Below are positions 26,141-36,717 of a DNA stretch of 43,005 nt, piece by piece. Source of the DNA: a virus (taxonomy: Duplodnaviria > Caudoviricetes); the IMG/VR virus record IMGVR_UViG_3300028072_000005, positions 1-43,005 of that record. One strand, written 5' to 3'. How positions within the stretch are numbered: the stretch's first letter is position 1; the number at the start of each line of letters is the position of its first letter. The notes under the pieces are model-generated. The model worked only from the letters and a program-made list of their open reading frames with translations, did no database searches and was not told the origin of the DNA. The position numbers and the translations under genes are program-made.

Positions 26141-26638
26141 TCATAGAGTCGAAAGGCGGAAGAAATGGAATGCGCCCACGTCGTAAGTTTTCACATACTC
26201 GCCGTCGATCGACCATTGCGGCGGATCGGCGTCTAGGGATTTATCGAAATAGGAGTGCGCGCCGCCGGTAGGATCCGCGAGATCTCCCGAGTAGACGGTT
26301 TCGGCAACCTCGAGGCAAAGCGGCCAGGGATCGTATTTTAGATTTGGATACTTGAGCAAATTCGGATCGTTCGCGGGCCCGTTCATTGAAGAATACTGCC
26401 AACGCTTCTCGATAACCTCTTCCCAATCGCGGCCCCACCTGGCGAGCGCCGCTTTAACCCGGTTCCGGATGCTGCATCCTACCGCCTCGATAGCCGCTCG
26501 AGGTTGATTCCCGGCTTCCCGGCCGAGTACCGTCACTAGCATGCATAGATCGATCGATTGCCGGCCGTTGTAGAGCCTAGGCCCTGGGAAGCGTAGGCTT
26601 GCCGGGCCCTCGATCGGCGGTATGGTAGGGGTTGACAT
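26141..26638 (-). CDS. Endolysin, SleB/Hydrolase_2-family cell wall hydrolase
   Basis: REA, AV...IRNR, WQYSS, DPTGGAHSY, G.FHFF. Confidence 0.85.
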   Translation of the reverse strand: MSTPTIPPIEGPASLRFPGPRLYNGRQSIDLCMLVTVLGREAGNQPRAAIEAVGCSIRNRVKAALARWGRDWEEVIEKRWQYSSMNGPANDPNLLKYPNLKYDPWPLCLEVAETVYSGDLADPTGGAHSYFDKSLDADPPQWSIDGEYVKTYDVGAFHFFRLSTL

Positions 26639-26640
26639 GC

Positions 26641-26919
26641 TTAAGGCTCGCCGGCTCCGTCTGCGGGCTTGTCCTTGCCACGGCGCCTAATCCAAAAGAA
26701 CCGGCGGGCAAATTTCTTCTCTTCGGCGGTTTTGCCTCGGCTTGCTTCGCGTAGATCCATGAGCCATTGACGATCGCGGATATGTTGCGGGCAAAATTGA
26801 GGCGCCATGATTTTACGGGTTACGATCGAGCCCAAAAGATAGCCCAAGAGCCCAAAGGTTGAGATACAACCCCAGTGCCCTATGACAAATTGCGAGGCGG
26901 CTCCCGCTATTTGGCCCAT
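26641..26919 (-). CDS. Membrane protein (holin-like candidate)
   Basis: One TM and a basic C-terminus; adjacent to the endolysin. Confidence 0.5.
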   Translation of the reverse strand: MGQIAGAASQFVIGHWGCISTFGLLGYLLGSIVTRKIMAPQFCPQHIRDRQWLMDLREASRGKTAEEKKFARRFFWIRRRGKDKPADGAGEP

Positions 26920-26928
26920 AGGGTTAGG

Positions 26929-27117
26929 CTACCACTTCGGCGAAAGACGGAAAGCCTCGACTTCGGCCTTTGTGACCGGATCATTTCGAACTGCGATCAA
27001 CGCGTCGACGGCTTTTTGTATGCCGGCGGCCAGGTTGACGAGCCCGGTTTTGTTGAAGGCGCCCGCCGCGGTACTCCCTAGCGAGATCAATAATTCTACA
27101 AACGTAAGAGGATCCAT
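26929..27117 (-). CDS. Small amphipathic helical protein
   Basis: GGAG RBS; within the lysis cluster. Confidence 0.6.
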   Translation of the reverse strand: MDPLTFVELLISLGSTAAGAFNKTGLVNLAAGIQKAVDALIAVRNDPVTKAEVEAFRLSPKW

Positions 27118-27125
27118 TAACTCTC

Positions 27126-27596
27126 CTATCGCCCGAAGGCAAAAGCGGGAATCACGCGCGCGGCGTCGAGATCCGACTTGCGGTACTCGTTGAGCGCCTT
27201 CGGAGTAGAAGCCGGCGGCGGCGTCACTTTCGCGAAGCTTTTAAGATCGGCCATGACTTGAGACAAATTAGCCGTAGCAGAAACGACGGCGGATTGCGCG
27301 GTTTTGACCGGAACGCACGGCCCGCCCTGATTCCATCCGGCGGCGCCGTTTGCGGGCACTCCGCTACAGTAAACGTTGAGTGCGTCGATCAGCGTATTAT
27401 TCAACGCGATGCCTTGATTTATTTTCACGCAAACGTTTTGCGTCGGCTGCGCCTGGCAAGAGCTCAAGTACTGATCTTGCTCGGCTTTCAAAAAGGTTGA
27501 AGACGTTGCGATCGCATTCCGCGCATCGGCAACAAAACCGCAACCCCCTACCACGAAGAGTAAAATCGTCGCCCAAATCTTGATTGCCTTTTTCAT
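27126..27596 (-). CDS. Lipoprotein (possible spanin-like)
   Basis: MKK, hydrophobic stretch, lipobox VGGC. Confidence 0.65.
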   Translation of the reverse strand: MKKAIKIWATILLFVVGGCGFVADARNAIATSSTFLKAEQDQYLSSCQAQPTQNVCVKINQGIALNNTLIDALNVYCSGVPANGAAGWNQGGPCVPVKTAQSAVVSATANLSQVMADLKSFAKVTPPPASTPKALNEYRKSDLDAARVIPAFAFGR

Positions 27597-27871
27597 TGTT
27601 TCCCCGTTTCTTGCAAACGTTTTTGCATGTACGCCTCGGCCGCGGCTATAAAGTTTGGTGAATCCTCGATCCGCGCCAAATTCTTTGCGCGCTCCGTATT
27701 CCCGGCCATGTTGTTAACAAACTTAAACCACCAAATGTAACGCGGCGTCGCATCCGCCGTTGGAGCGGGAAGAGAATTTGCAATCTTGTTGAAAGCAACT
27801 TGGATCCCGGCCCAAGTCGTAGAAACCGCGGCCAGGATCGCAACCCAATGTGTTTGTATGAAAGGAATCAT
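27593..27871 (-). CDS. Holin-like membrane protein
   Basis: Hydrophobic N-terminus; first gene of the lysis cluster. Confidence 0.55.
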   Translation of the reverse strand: MIPFIQTHWVAILAAVSTTWAGIQVAFNKIANSLPAPTADATPRYIWWFKFVNNMAGNTERAKNLARIEDSPNFIAAAEAYMQKRLQETGKQ

Positions 27872-27946
27872 GCCGGTTGCAATTCTATGATCGGCCGCCA
27901 GGATCCCGAGAGCTCAAAGAAAAGAGGTGTGCCGCGATCGTTACGG

Positions 27947-29128
27947 CTATACGGTTGTTTTGACGCCAAACTCCGCGGCGTTGACTCCGGAAACTGTCCA
28001 CAAAACGCTTGTATTTGGATCCGTTTCAAATATGCCTTGAAAGTCGGCATAGGCGTTTAGAGTCAGATTGAAGTCGCTGCCATTATCGGCCGTAGTGGCG
28101 CCGCTCTTTGCAACCGCCCGGATTGCTCTTGTCGACGCATCATCTTTTTCGGCTCGAATGTTTACCGCAACCGCATGCACGGTTGAGCCGGCGATCGACG
28201 GAAACGTATAGCGATCCTGATCGGATACAGTTGCATCCGCCACATAAGAATTATTATCGTCTGGCGGGTACTCGCTAACCGCCATCCAGTTAGCCGCGCC
28301 CGGATTGCTTCCGGATCCGATGCACGTCCAGGTGATTGTATTGTCGCTCGTCGTTCCGCCGCCGGTAGTCGACCACGTAGGATGTGATCCGCCGCCGGAA
28401 GTTCCGCCGCCGGATTGCTGCACGTTTCCGTTGCTGTCCTTTATGCGAGTGCCGGCTGGAAACGAAGTGCTCGAAGCCCAAGAGGCAAAATTGTTTGTGT
28501 AGTTGTTCGTCGTTCCGTTTGCGGAAGGAAGTTGCGCGAGTACTGCGATATCCCCCAGAAATGTATTATTTATAGATCCCGCGTTGTCGCAAACGTAAAC
28601 GTCATCTAGTGCCGAAGAGCAAGACGAGCTATTTAGTCTAACTTGGTTCGCTGTATTGTTCCCGCTCGGCGCCGTGTTTAATCCTGTCAAATTCAAAATC
28701 TGTACGCCGTCTAGCTGGATCGCGAGAGTGCCGGTAGATCCGTTGATCGTTACCTTAAACTCTATGTAGTGGTAAACGTTCAAAGGCGTATAGATTGAAC
28801 TGCCTGTGCCCAAGAGAGTCGAAGCGTTGCCGCGGTACGCTTTGACGTTGCCGGCAATGTCGACCCCGACCGAAACTTGATATGTGCCTGAGTCTAATAA
28901 TCCGAAAATTTGCGTTTCGCCCGAAGTGAAGTTTAGAAAATTTATCGCGAAGCCTACGATATAGGTTGCGCGCGAAGTGAAGTTTTTGTTTATCGTTTGG
29001 CCGTTCAAATTGATGCCATTGCGGCCCGTCCTGGCAAAAGTTGCAGAGATCGTACCGCCGCCGCCGCTATCCCACTTTTGGGAAAACGTATTGTAGAGAT
29101 CGAAAGAATCCGTGAACAACAACGACAT
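27947..29128 (-). CDS. Virion beta-sandwich protein (lectin-like) with small inserted module
   Basis: LLFTDSFD, YHYIEFK, DDVYVCD, DPNT...WT...VN.AEFG. Confidence 0.7.
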   Translation of the reverse strand: MSLLFTDSFDLYNTFSQKWDSGGGGTISATFARTGRNGINLNGQTINKNFTSRATYIVGFAINFLNFTSGETQIFGLLDSGTYQVSVGVDIAGNVKAYRGNASTLLGTGSSIYTPLNVYHYIEFKVTINGSTGTLAIQLDGVQILNLTGLNTAPSGNNTANQVRLNSSSCSSALDDVYVCDNAGSINNTFLGDIAVLAQLPSANGTTNNYTNNFASWASSTSFPAGTRIKDSNGNVQQSGGGTSGGGSHPTWSTTGGGTTSDNTITWTCIGSGSNPGAANWMAVSEYPPDDNNSYVADATVSDQDRYTFPSIAGSTVHAVAVNIRAEKDDASTRAIRAVAKSGATTADNGSDFNLTLNAYADFQGIFETDPNTSVLWTVSGVNAAEFGVKTTV

Positions 29129-29141
29129 AGGGGAATCTCCT

Positions 29142-29393
29142 TTACGGCAATAGCATTTCTAAAATTAATTGCGGCGGCGGATTCGGAACGCGCGGCACGA
29201 TAACTTCGAGCCCGATTTGCGTCGCCCTCACTTGCGCGCTTTTGCTAACAACGGCCTCGATCCCGACTTGGGTTGCGCGCACGTGCGGGCTGCCCGTAAC
29301 CGGAACCTCGATCCCGACTTGCGTTGCGCGAACCTTCGGCGATCCTGTTACCGGAACCTCTATCCCGACTTGTGTTTCGCGATTTGACGCCAT
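29142..29393 (-). CDS. Small virion-associated protein with 17-aa repeats
   Basis: About four R.TQVGIEV...... units (51-bp period). Confidence 0.7.
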   Translation of the reverse strand: MASNRETQVGIEVPVTGSPKVRATQVGIEVPVTGSPHVRATQVGIEAVVSKSAQVRATQIGLEVIVPRVPNPPPQLILEMLLP

Positions 29394-29402
29394 GCCCGCC
29401 CT

Positions 29403-31727
29403 CTACGGCCAAGTTGGATCTTGCTGCACGTAAAATGCATATTCCGCAAAATCATTTAGCGAAGATCCGCCGTCGACGGCCCATCCGCGGCGCACCAAAA
29501 CGCCGTTACCGGGCAAATGGGTTGTGATCGTCTGTACGACGGATCCATCTATGCTGAAAACAACATTCGGAGTTGAGTCGTTGAACTGAATTTCGAAAGT
29601 GTGCGGGTTAGTATCGGCGGCGACTCCCGAATCCGTGACGGTGAGCGTAGAGCCGTCGCTCGTTATGCACTTCCAATTTGTGTCGCCGGCATTGTGAGAA
29701 TACCGGAACATCGCAAATTTACCGGCCGGCGTATCGCTCCCGCTCCCGCTATTCGTCGTACCGTCTGAGATCCCGACCCAAACTCTCGTCGTAGTCGTTA
29801 GGCCGGTGCCCTCGATCCGGCCCAAGTGATAACTATGAATATTCTTTCCTGTCAAAAGAGCAAGTTGCCCCATGACCCAACCCGAGCCCCAGTTATGAAT
29901 AAACGGCGGCAAAGATGTAGTGCCGGCAACCCATGCCGGCGAATTGGCGTTGTCTACGCCGTTCATAGGTTTTTCTGTACTCGAGCCCGATCTCCAAATT
30001 CCTTCCCATCGTTTGTTGCCGGTTCCGAAAATTGGCGGGATCCCGCCGCCGGCCGCGGCTTGAAATGTAGGATCGGCGCTCGCTCCGTTGCTCGTAAGAA
30101 CCTGGCCGGCCGTGCCGGCGCCAGTAACCGCAACGGCCGAAGTGCCCTCGCCCACTAGTACGCCGTGAGCTCCTAGGGTTGCGGCGCCCGTTCCGCCCTG
30201 ACTGACCGGAAGCGGCGAGGAAAGATGCGTCGCAATTACCGTCGGCGCAAGATTTGTGCCGCCGAGATCGTTTGCGATTTGAACGCCGCCCGCGGCTCCG
30301 TCGGCTCCGGCTTGAGCGAGTAGATCCCAAAAACTCGTATTTGTGGGCACATTGCCGGTTGTTGTTGCAATGCAAACGTAGCTTTGCACCTTGCTCGAAA
30401 CCGTATACGCAACAACGTCGAAAGGTTGATAGGTAGTACCGCCGGCGTAGGTTCCGCGCCAGGTGAAAATTGGCGGCACGGCCGTTGCCGGCACGGTTGC
30501 CGATCGCGTTCCGACGAGCGTAATTCCAACGTCCTGCATCGTCGCATCTTGCGAGCCCGGCGCAACGATCGTTAGGCGATCGCCGGCGTTGAACGTTACG
30601 GAAACGCCGCCGCTTGTCGCAAAAGTGAAAACGCCGGAAGTCGAAACGGCGATCGTGCCGATCAAACTCCCGTTTTTGTAAACGCTATACGTTGCCGTCG
30701 CCGTCGGATTTGTTCCTACCGTTCCGTAGGAATTAGGCGAGGCAAAGTTTGCCGGGAAAATAAAAGAGGCGCCCGCGGTGTAGATCCCTACCAACTGGCC
30801 GGCGCTCGGCTTCCCGCCTACGCCGCTAACCGGAAAGATAGGCCGATCAACAACGCGGATCAATTTCCCAAGTGACGAGCTATATTGCGCGATTTGTCCA
30901 TCCGCCCAAGCCGTGCCCGGAGAATCAAACAACGTGCTAAGTATCCCGATTACCTCTTGTGAAGTGCTCGAGCCGCTTAGATCGCCGCCGGCTGTAAATC
31001 CGCTCGGGTGCCCGTCTGTAAAATAGTTCGTTCCATCCGTCGAGATGAAAACGCCTTGGAATTGCGAGAGCGTAAGGTTTGCCGCAACGCCGTCGATATT
31101 TTGCGAGTTGCGATTGATCGTTAGGGCGCCGGTTCCGATCGTCGACAAAAATACAGACCATGTTGCGCTAGGCGGCGGATTCGGCAACGTGAATTGATGC
31201 GCCGATCCGGAATTCATTACGAGCAACTTTCCGTTATCGCCGGAAAGCAACGTATAATCCGCGGTTTTGACTACGGCGCCGTTGAGCCCGCCAGTGCCGC
31301 CGCTCGAGCTCGCTACGAGCAAAAACCAATTTGTGCCGTCAAAAAAGAGCCATCCGCTTTGTGTCGCGGCCATAACCGCATTTGCCGCCAATCCGGCGCC
31401 GCTATTGATTTGCCCGGAGCTCGGCGTAAGAGTTGCGGATCCCGCTCCGATCACTTGAACGGCGCAAAGGAAATCCAGCGGCACGGTTGAATCAAGAGTT
31501 ACAGCGATCGCGCCGGAATTTGAGAGCGTTACATCCTTGCCGCGGGAAGCGATCCCGATCGTTTCCGTTGTTGTTGTGCGCGGATCAACTTTCCCGGTAT
31601 TCCCCACGTAGGCGGAAGCCTTCCGAGGATTTACCGTTACGGCGTCGGCTTGCCATTTGACGTTGACACTTCCGCTCGGCGCGGCCGGAAGATCGTCCAT
31701 GTATTGAACATCGCCAGGTGTGGCCAC
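29403..31727 (-). CDS. Tail fibre/receptor-binding protein
   Basis: Two DGTN[WY]F beta domains, LPVSQGGTGA, GQVLTSNG fibre motifs, C-terminal lectin-like domain. Confidence 0.75.
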   Translation of the reverse strand: MATPGDVQYMDDLPAAPSGSVNVKWQADAVTVNPRKASAYVGNTGKVDPRTTTTETIGIASRGKDVTLSNSGAIAVTLDSTVPLDFLCAVQVIGAGSATLTPSSGQINSGAGLAANAVMAATQSGWLFFDGTNWFLLVASSSGGTGGLNGAVVKTADYTLLSGDNGKLLVMNSGSAHQFTLPNPPPSATWSVFLSTIGTGALTINRNSQNIDGVAANLTLSQFQGVFISTDGTNYFTDGHPSGFTAGGDLSGSSTSQEVIGILSTLFDSPGTAWADGQIAQYSSSLGKLIRVVDRPIFPVSGVGGKPSAGQLVGIYTAGASFIFPANFASPNSYGTVGTNPTATATYSVYKNGSLIGTIAVSTSGVFTFATSGGVSVTFNAGDRLTIVAPGSQDATMQDVGITLVGTRSATVPATAVPPIFTWRGTYAGGTTYQPFDVVAYTVSSKVQSYVCIATTTGNVPTNTSFWDLLAQAGADGAAGGVQIANDLGGTNLAPTVIATHLSSPLPVSQGGTGAATLGAHGVLVGEGTSAVAVTGAGTAGQVLTSNGASADPTFQAAAGGGIPPIFGTGNKRWEGIWRSGSSTEKPMNGVDNANSPAWVAGTTSLPPFIHNWGSGWVMGQLALLTGKNIHSYHLGRIEGTGLTTTTRVWVGISDGTTNSGSGSDTPAGKFAMFRYSHNAGDTNWKCITSDGSTLTVTDSGVAADTNPHTFEIQFNDSTPNVVFSIDGSVVQTITTHLPGNGVLVRRGWAVDGGSSLNDFAEYAFYVQQDPTWP

Positions 31728-31728
31728 T

Positions 31729-34700
31729 CTATACCCCGTTGAAAGAAATCTGATTCGCTAATGGGAATCCGCCGGGCCCGGTTTGCGTGCTTCCGCCGGC
31801 CGGGATCGCGACGATCGAGCCGATGTAAACCTCGCCCGGAACGCCGACAAGCGCGCTCGAGGTTTGACAGGCGGCCGAAAGTACCGGAGTCGATCCGCCG
31901 TCGCCAAGCTGGCCGGGATCCTCGATCGTAACGTAGTACGTTGTTGGCGAGCCTGGCGCCGAAATTGTGAACGTGCGGGCCGCATATACAACCGTACTGC
32001 CCGGAAATTGAACCGTAGCCGCGGCCATGTGGATACTCGTCGGCGTTGGCTGCGTTAGAGCGCCGCCGGTGATCGTATAGGCCGGTTGACTTGTTGACCC
32101 GACGCCGGATCCGGATCCGGTTGTACCGGTTCCAACGCCAGTCGGCGCATACGTGTAGTCGGTTACGTCGGCAATATCTTGCTGGCCGGTATTGAAGAGA
32201 TTGAAGGCAACGATTTTGAAGTGAACCGTGATCCCGATCCAAGCGGGATCAAGCGGCACTTTCAAGATGCCCGGCACGTTTGCCGCTTCGCGATTGTCGA
32301 GCCAAGCGAAGCGAGAATTTGTCGGATGATCCTCGCCGGCGCCCGCGGCCGGCAACCCAAAGACGGCGCGGCGCAACGGCGTGAGCGCCGCGGCCGGCAA
32401 TGTATACAGGTTCGGGCCGGTAAGCGTTGCAACCTGATATGCCATTAATTCATAGAGCGAAGCGCCGGCTACGTAGCTTGGAAACGTAAAATTTGCCTCG
32501 TCGACGGCATTTACCGCCGGCAAGCTTCCTAGGCTCTCCGTCAAATCTAAGCTTAGGTTGTTGGTAGTGTCCGGATCCGCGGCCGCCGGCCAATCGGCCG
32601 TAACAATGCCCGTCGTAGCGTTCCCCTGTACCGTTCCGACTACCGTTGGATATGTAGCGCCGCCATCCGTCGAGGCGTAAACGATCGCGCCGCCGTAGAT
32701 CGGATCCGAGTCGCTGATCACAAACCAAACCTCGGCCCGATTCGAGAGGCACATCCGGAGAGGCGGCTCGAAAATGATCGGCGCATTTACATCGGCCGGC
32801 ACTCCGCTCGTATTCGGATTGTAGGGCGCAAGAGCCGTCGCACTCAAAATTTGCGGCGCATGAAGCCCGTAGATAAATTGCTCGGCTTCGCAAGCAAGCT
32901 CGTGCGTCTTTGGATCCTCAACAACTTTTGTGAGCCGCATCGGAAAAACGTCAAGCCCGAGCAAAGGCTCGGTTAGCGTTACGAGATCCATAGCCTCGAG
33001 GAATGCCCACTTCGGTTGTAGCTTGAAACTATACGTATTCCTTAGAAGCGTCATGCGCCGAACCATGATCGCGAGAATCTTCCTCGCAACCGTCGGGCTC
33101 GCTACCATGTTTAGCACTTTCGGTTGAAGCTTCCGCGGCGCTAACAAATATTTCGAAGCCGATTCGATTTCCGAAACCGTAGCTTGATTGTATTTGTTGT
33201 TACGATCAACGTGCTGCGCTTGCACGATATTATTTGCGTCGACTTGCGCTTTCCTCGAGATCGTTACCGGTTGATTGCCGGCGTCGCCTATAAAGTCGCT
33301 CACTACCAAATCGGCAACCGGCCCGAGCGAAGTCGGCGACCAGAATACGGAAGCCGGCCCGCCGTTTACCGCGGCGGGATTGTTCGCGGCGGTTCCGTCG
33401 CCGATAACCGAAACCTCGCTTCGCGCAATGAATTTCAACTTAAAGCCGCTCCAAACCGGAGCACAATCCGCGCAAAGACAAATGTCCTCGAGCCAATCGG
33501 AAGCCTTTTTTTGTGAATCCATCGTTAGAGCGCCTTGCAAGCCGCCGGCCCGGCATTGCAAGCGAACGTTCATAAGAGAATCAAAGTCGATAATATCCCC
33601 GAGCGCCTTCGGGTACGGGCGCACGCCGCTCGCTTGCGCCGATTTGACGGCGAAGAGGATCAAACTTCCCTCGTTGGCGGCGTTGACGATCGTAAAAGTG
33701 TATGTGCCCGGTCTGGCGACTTTGCGCGCGTAAACTCCCATTCCGCTTGTTGATCTTTGCGGAAATAGGTTTTGCCATTGCGGCGGCGGGTTAGCTGTAA
33801 ATCCAGAATCGCATAGGGCGATCGCGACGATATAGCTTGGCTCGCCGCTTGTCGCAATCGAGGCGGTGATCGTCGCTCCGGTACTCCCATTTTCAACGAC
33901 CGGCACTCCGTCAACTTCGGTTGAGCCCGGATCAAATTCCATGATCACGCCGTCGGCGCCGAAGGGGAATCCGCCGCCGTTGTACGTCGAATCTACGACG
34001 TTGCCGGCGCCGCCGATGCATCCGTTAACGTAAGCCGCGATCCGTTGCGATGCTCCGGTCGACGTTACGATCGGGATCACAGTATCGCCGGCCGAGTCTA
34101 CGATCGTCGGCGGCGTTCCGGATCCTGGCCGGCTCCATCGGGAAGCCCAAAGCAATATGCTTCCGGGCACGTTCGGTTGAGGATACAAAAGCGAAGGATT
34201 AGAAGGCTCGAGCTCTTGCGACCAATTTTTTTGTACGACGGAAGGCAAATCGTTGCAATTCAATCCCAGTTGCACGTACCCGAGATCGGATCCGGTTTGT
34301 ACGAGCCCGCTTTTGATAATCGCCTCGATCATATCGGGAAACTCGCAATCGGCGCGCGCCTGGCCATCGTCGAGTAGCGAGGAAGGCATATAGCCGTAGC
34401 TTCCGTTTACTTCAAACCGCCAGGAAGGAATTGCGCCGGAAGTGCCGAGATCCATATCGTCGGATCCAACGCCGGCATAGGTTTTGTGGATCACTTGTTG
34501 CGCCGACAATCCGGCGTCGGCGTATTCGGTTCCATCGCCGAGCTCTTCCTCGAAAGTAAACCGGTTGTATGCGAGCGGCGATTGATGTTTTGTTGCCGAA
34601 GTCGTTTGCGCGTAATAAACGTAGACGTAGAAATCGGGCCCGAACGGAGCATCTATCGGCCGAGTAGGATTCGGCATCGCATACGTGCTCACGCGCTCCA

Positions 34701-35298
34701 AAGTTTGCGGCGCGGCGATCGTGATCACGTTCCCATCGGCCGGCTTCCATAGATAGTACGGGAAGCGGGAAACGCCGGGATCGTTCACATCCGGGCCGTG
34801 CTGGTATCCGTTCCACAAAGGAAACTCGTACAGAGTCGGCGTGATTACATTGTGATAGGTCGACGGCCCTTGCGCGCCGTAGTCGTCAAAAGTCAAATCG
34901 TAATTTAGGGCGCACTCCATTGTCATTGCAACGACGGCGTAAAAGTGCGGATCCGCGATCGTTATTGTGCTATTCCAACTCCCGCCTAGATTTGCGTTTA
35001 CCTTTAGCCGTACAAAATTCAGCGGGTACGTATTGTTTTGATTCGACCAAATTTGCAGGATGCCGGCGACGGGATTTGACGCGACGAGCATATCGATATT
35101 TTCGACATATGCCGGAGCGCCTTTTTTTGTTTTGAATTTTTTGGTGCTATGCCCCTTGCGGATGTTCGCGGCCCAAATCGCCAAAGGCGAAGCTTTGGAA
35201 CATCCGAAAACCGTAGGCGGCACGGATCCATAGGTCGAGGATTGGAGCAACGTTCCAAACGCCGTCGGCTTCTGTACGCTTGTTTTGCTAAAAGTCAC
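31729..35298 (-). CDS. Tail tip/host-specificity protein (GTA g15/phage tail_3-like)
   Basis: STYG..P.VFG, WSGFKLK, LEAMDLVTL, YASTDGG.TY, LRRAVFG. The ORF could start at 35322. Confidence 0.8.
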   Translation of the reverse strand: MTFSKTSVQKPTAFGTLLQSSTYGSVPPTVFGCSKASPLAIWAANIRKGHSTKKFKTKKGAPAYVENIDMLVASNPVAGILQIWSNQNNTYPLNFVRLKVNANLGGSWNSTITIADPHFYAVVAMTMECALNYDLTFDDYGAQGPSTYHNVITPTLYEFPLWNGYQHGPDVNDPGVSRFPYYLWKPADGNVITIAAPQTLERVSTYAMPNPTRPIDAPFGPDFYVYVYYAQTTSATKHQSPLAYNRFTFEEELGDGTEYADAGLSAQQVIHKTYAGVGSDDMDLGTSGAIPSWRFEVNGSYGYMPSSLLDDGQARADCEFPDMIEAIIKSGLVQTGSDLGYVQLGLNCNDLPSVVQKNWSQELEPSNPSLLYPQPNVPGSILLWASRWSRPGSGTPPTIVDSAGDTVIPIVTSTGASQRIAAYVNGCIGGAGNVVDSTYNGGGFPFGADGVIMEFDPGSTEVDGVPVVENGSTGATITASIATSGEPSYIVAIALCDSGFTANPPPQWQNLFPQRSTSGMGVYARKVARPGTYTFTIVNAANEGSLILFAVKSAQASGVRPYPKALGDIIDFDSLMNVRLQCRAGGLQGALTMDSQKKASDWLEDICLCADCAPVWSGFKLKFIARSEVSVIGDGTAANNPAAVNGGPASVFWSPTSLGPVADLVVSDFIGDAGNQPVTISRKAQVDANNIVQAQHVDRNNKYNQATVSEIESASKYLLAPRKLQPKVLNMVASPTVARKILAIMVRRMTLLRNTYSFKLQPKWAFLEAMDLVTLTEPLLGLDVFPMRLTKVVEDPKTHELACEAEQFIYGLHAPQILSATALAPYNPNTSGVPADVNAPIIFEPPLRMCLSNRAEVWFVISDSDPIYGGAIVYASTDGGATYPTVVGTVQGNATTGIVTADWPAAADPDTTNNLSLDLTESLGSLPAVNAVDEANFTFPSYVAGASLYELMAYQVATLTGPNLYTLPAAALTPLRRAVFGLPAAGAGEDHPTNSRFAWLDNREAANVPGILKVPLDPAWIGITVHFKIVAFNLFNTGQQDIADVTDYTYAPTGVGTGTTGSGSGVGSTSQPAYTITGGALTQPTPTSIHMAAATVQFPGSTVVYAARTFTISAPGSPTTYYVTIEDPGQLGDGGSTPVLSAACQTSSALVGVPGEVYIGSIVAIPAGGSTQTGPGGFPLANQISFNGV

Positions 35299-35770
35299 TT
35301 CGAATTTTCTCCCAAGGATCAAAAACCTGTAAATATCGGCTCGCCCAAAGCCAATGGGTTGAAGCGTCGATTTCTTTCACATACTCCGGCGCGGCGTGTA
35401 TCACTTTCGGCCAGTTGCTTACTATGCCGGCGTGATCGTAGACTCGGCCGCCGTTGGTTTTCACCAAAACCACATTGCCCGGCCGCCAGTTATGCGTCGG
35501 ATAGCTGATCCCCTCGGCGACTTTGTGAGCATGCCTTAGCATCCGGAAAATATATACTTCCTGCCTTTCGTGCGCCGACCAATCCGCGCCAAAGATCCCG
35601 ATATTCTCGTCGGCGATCAGTTTGCAAACTCTGTAAACTTCGAATACGAAGCGCGCGCAATCTACGCCGCAACCTTTTAAGCCTTGATTCAGTTGATACG
35701 GCGTGCGGATCCACGTCTTAGCCTCAAAGACAACGCGCGATCTCCATAGATTTTCTTCAGCGTTTGTCAA
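35288..35770 (-). CDS. NlpC/P60 tail-associated peptidase
   Basis: EA..W..TPY, GVDC, HAGI, VIHA. Confidence 0.88.
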   Translation of the reverse strand: MTNAEENLWRSRVVFEAKTWIRTPYQLNQGLKGCGVDCARFVFEVYRVCKLIADENIGIFGADWSAHERQEVYIFRMLRHAHKVAEGISYPTHNWRPGNVVLVKTNGGRVYDHAGIVSNWPKVIHAAPEYVKEIDASTHWLWASRYLQVFDPWEKIRSDF

Positions 35771-36717
35771 ATTGCCGTCTCCGGATCTGGCACATAAGCG
35801 AAATTATCAACCTCGGCGCCGACGGCTTGAGCATCATCCTGATTTACCGGGTATTCCGTCGATACGTAAAACGTATCGCCTGGCGACGGATCAAAAGGAA
35901 ATGACTGGTAGACGGTAAATTGATTGTAGTGAGTACCGCCGCCGGCGTTGAAATTGCTATTCAAACCGATTAGGGCGAAAAAGCCCTCGAGCGTAGATCC
36001 GGGCATAAAAACCATGAAGCCATTTGCAAATTTGTTGTTTCCGTAGATCTTGTGCGCCGTTGGCTGTATGCAATCGCCTAAAATCACTTTCGCGCTCGAA
36101 GGCGCCGCAACTGTAAACGTCGGCACGGATGTTTCACTATCGGCCAAAACCGGAGTAGCGCCGGCCCATCCCGCGCGCGCGTTTTGCGAGTCGATCACGT
36201 TTGGCGGCACAAGTTGATTGACAACGTTTAAGAAACTATTGATCTTGAAAATGATTTTGCCGCGGGAGATCGTACTCTCGGCTATCCATCCGCCGAACCA
36301 TTCGCAAGCGCCGTAAGTATTCGCGTCGCCAGGCGTCGGCATAAGCGTGCGCCATAGCCGTACTCGCTTGTTATCGTAATATCCGTTTTGGCAAAGCTGG
36401 TACGGGCTCGCCGAGAGGATCGGATCGCCGGCCTTCGCGAATGTTCCTACCGGCGGTGTCCATGTGAGCGTAAGGGTTGTCACTTCTAACCCCACTTGCG
36501 AAGTGATCCCGTCTCGCTCCAAAACGGAAGGATGAAATTTCCCCCATGCCGGCCAGGAAAGCGGCGATTGCCAATCGGTTAGAAAAAGAGCGTTAGGATC
36601 CTCGAGCTCTCCGATTAACCAAAGATCCGCCCACGCAAATTGTTGTTGCCCGGATTTGAGATACGCGATCGCGGCCGCCGTAGTGTCGGATCCATCGCCG
36701 CCCGTAAAGGTTCTCAT
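35767..36717 (-). CDS. Baseplate hub (DUF2163/GTA g13-like)
   Basis: Position between Dit and NlpC; P.PGDTF, F.YVP.PETAI. Confidence 0.75.
   Translation of the reverse strand: MRTFTGGDGSDTTAAAIAYLKSGQQQFAWADLWLIGELEDPNALFLTDWQSPLSWPAWGKFHPSVLERDGITSQVGLEVTTLTLTWTPPVGTFAKAGDPILSASPYQLCQNGYYDNKRVRLWRTLMPTPGDANTYGACEWFGGWIAESTISRGKIIFKINSFLNVVNQLVPPNVIDSQNARAGWAGATPVLADSETSVPTFTVAAPSSAKVILGDCIQPTAHKIYGNNKFANGFMVFMPGSTLEGFFALIGLNSNFNAGGGTHYNQFTVYQSFPFDPSPGDTFYVSTEYPVNQDDAQAVGAEVDNFAYVPDPETAI

Noticed and set aside
6755-27935. GCACACC(T)CTTTT motif after stop codons near 6760 and 27925 as a late-activator site
   Set aside because: Short, and spacing to the candidate -10 boxes is inconsistent.
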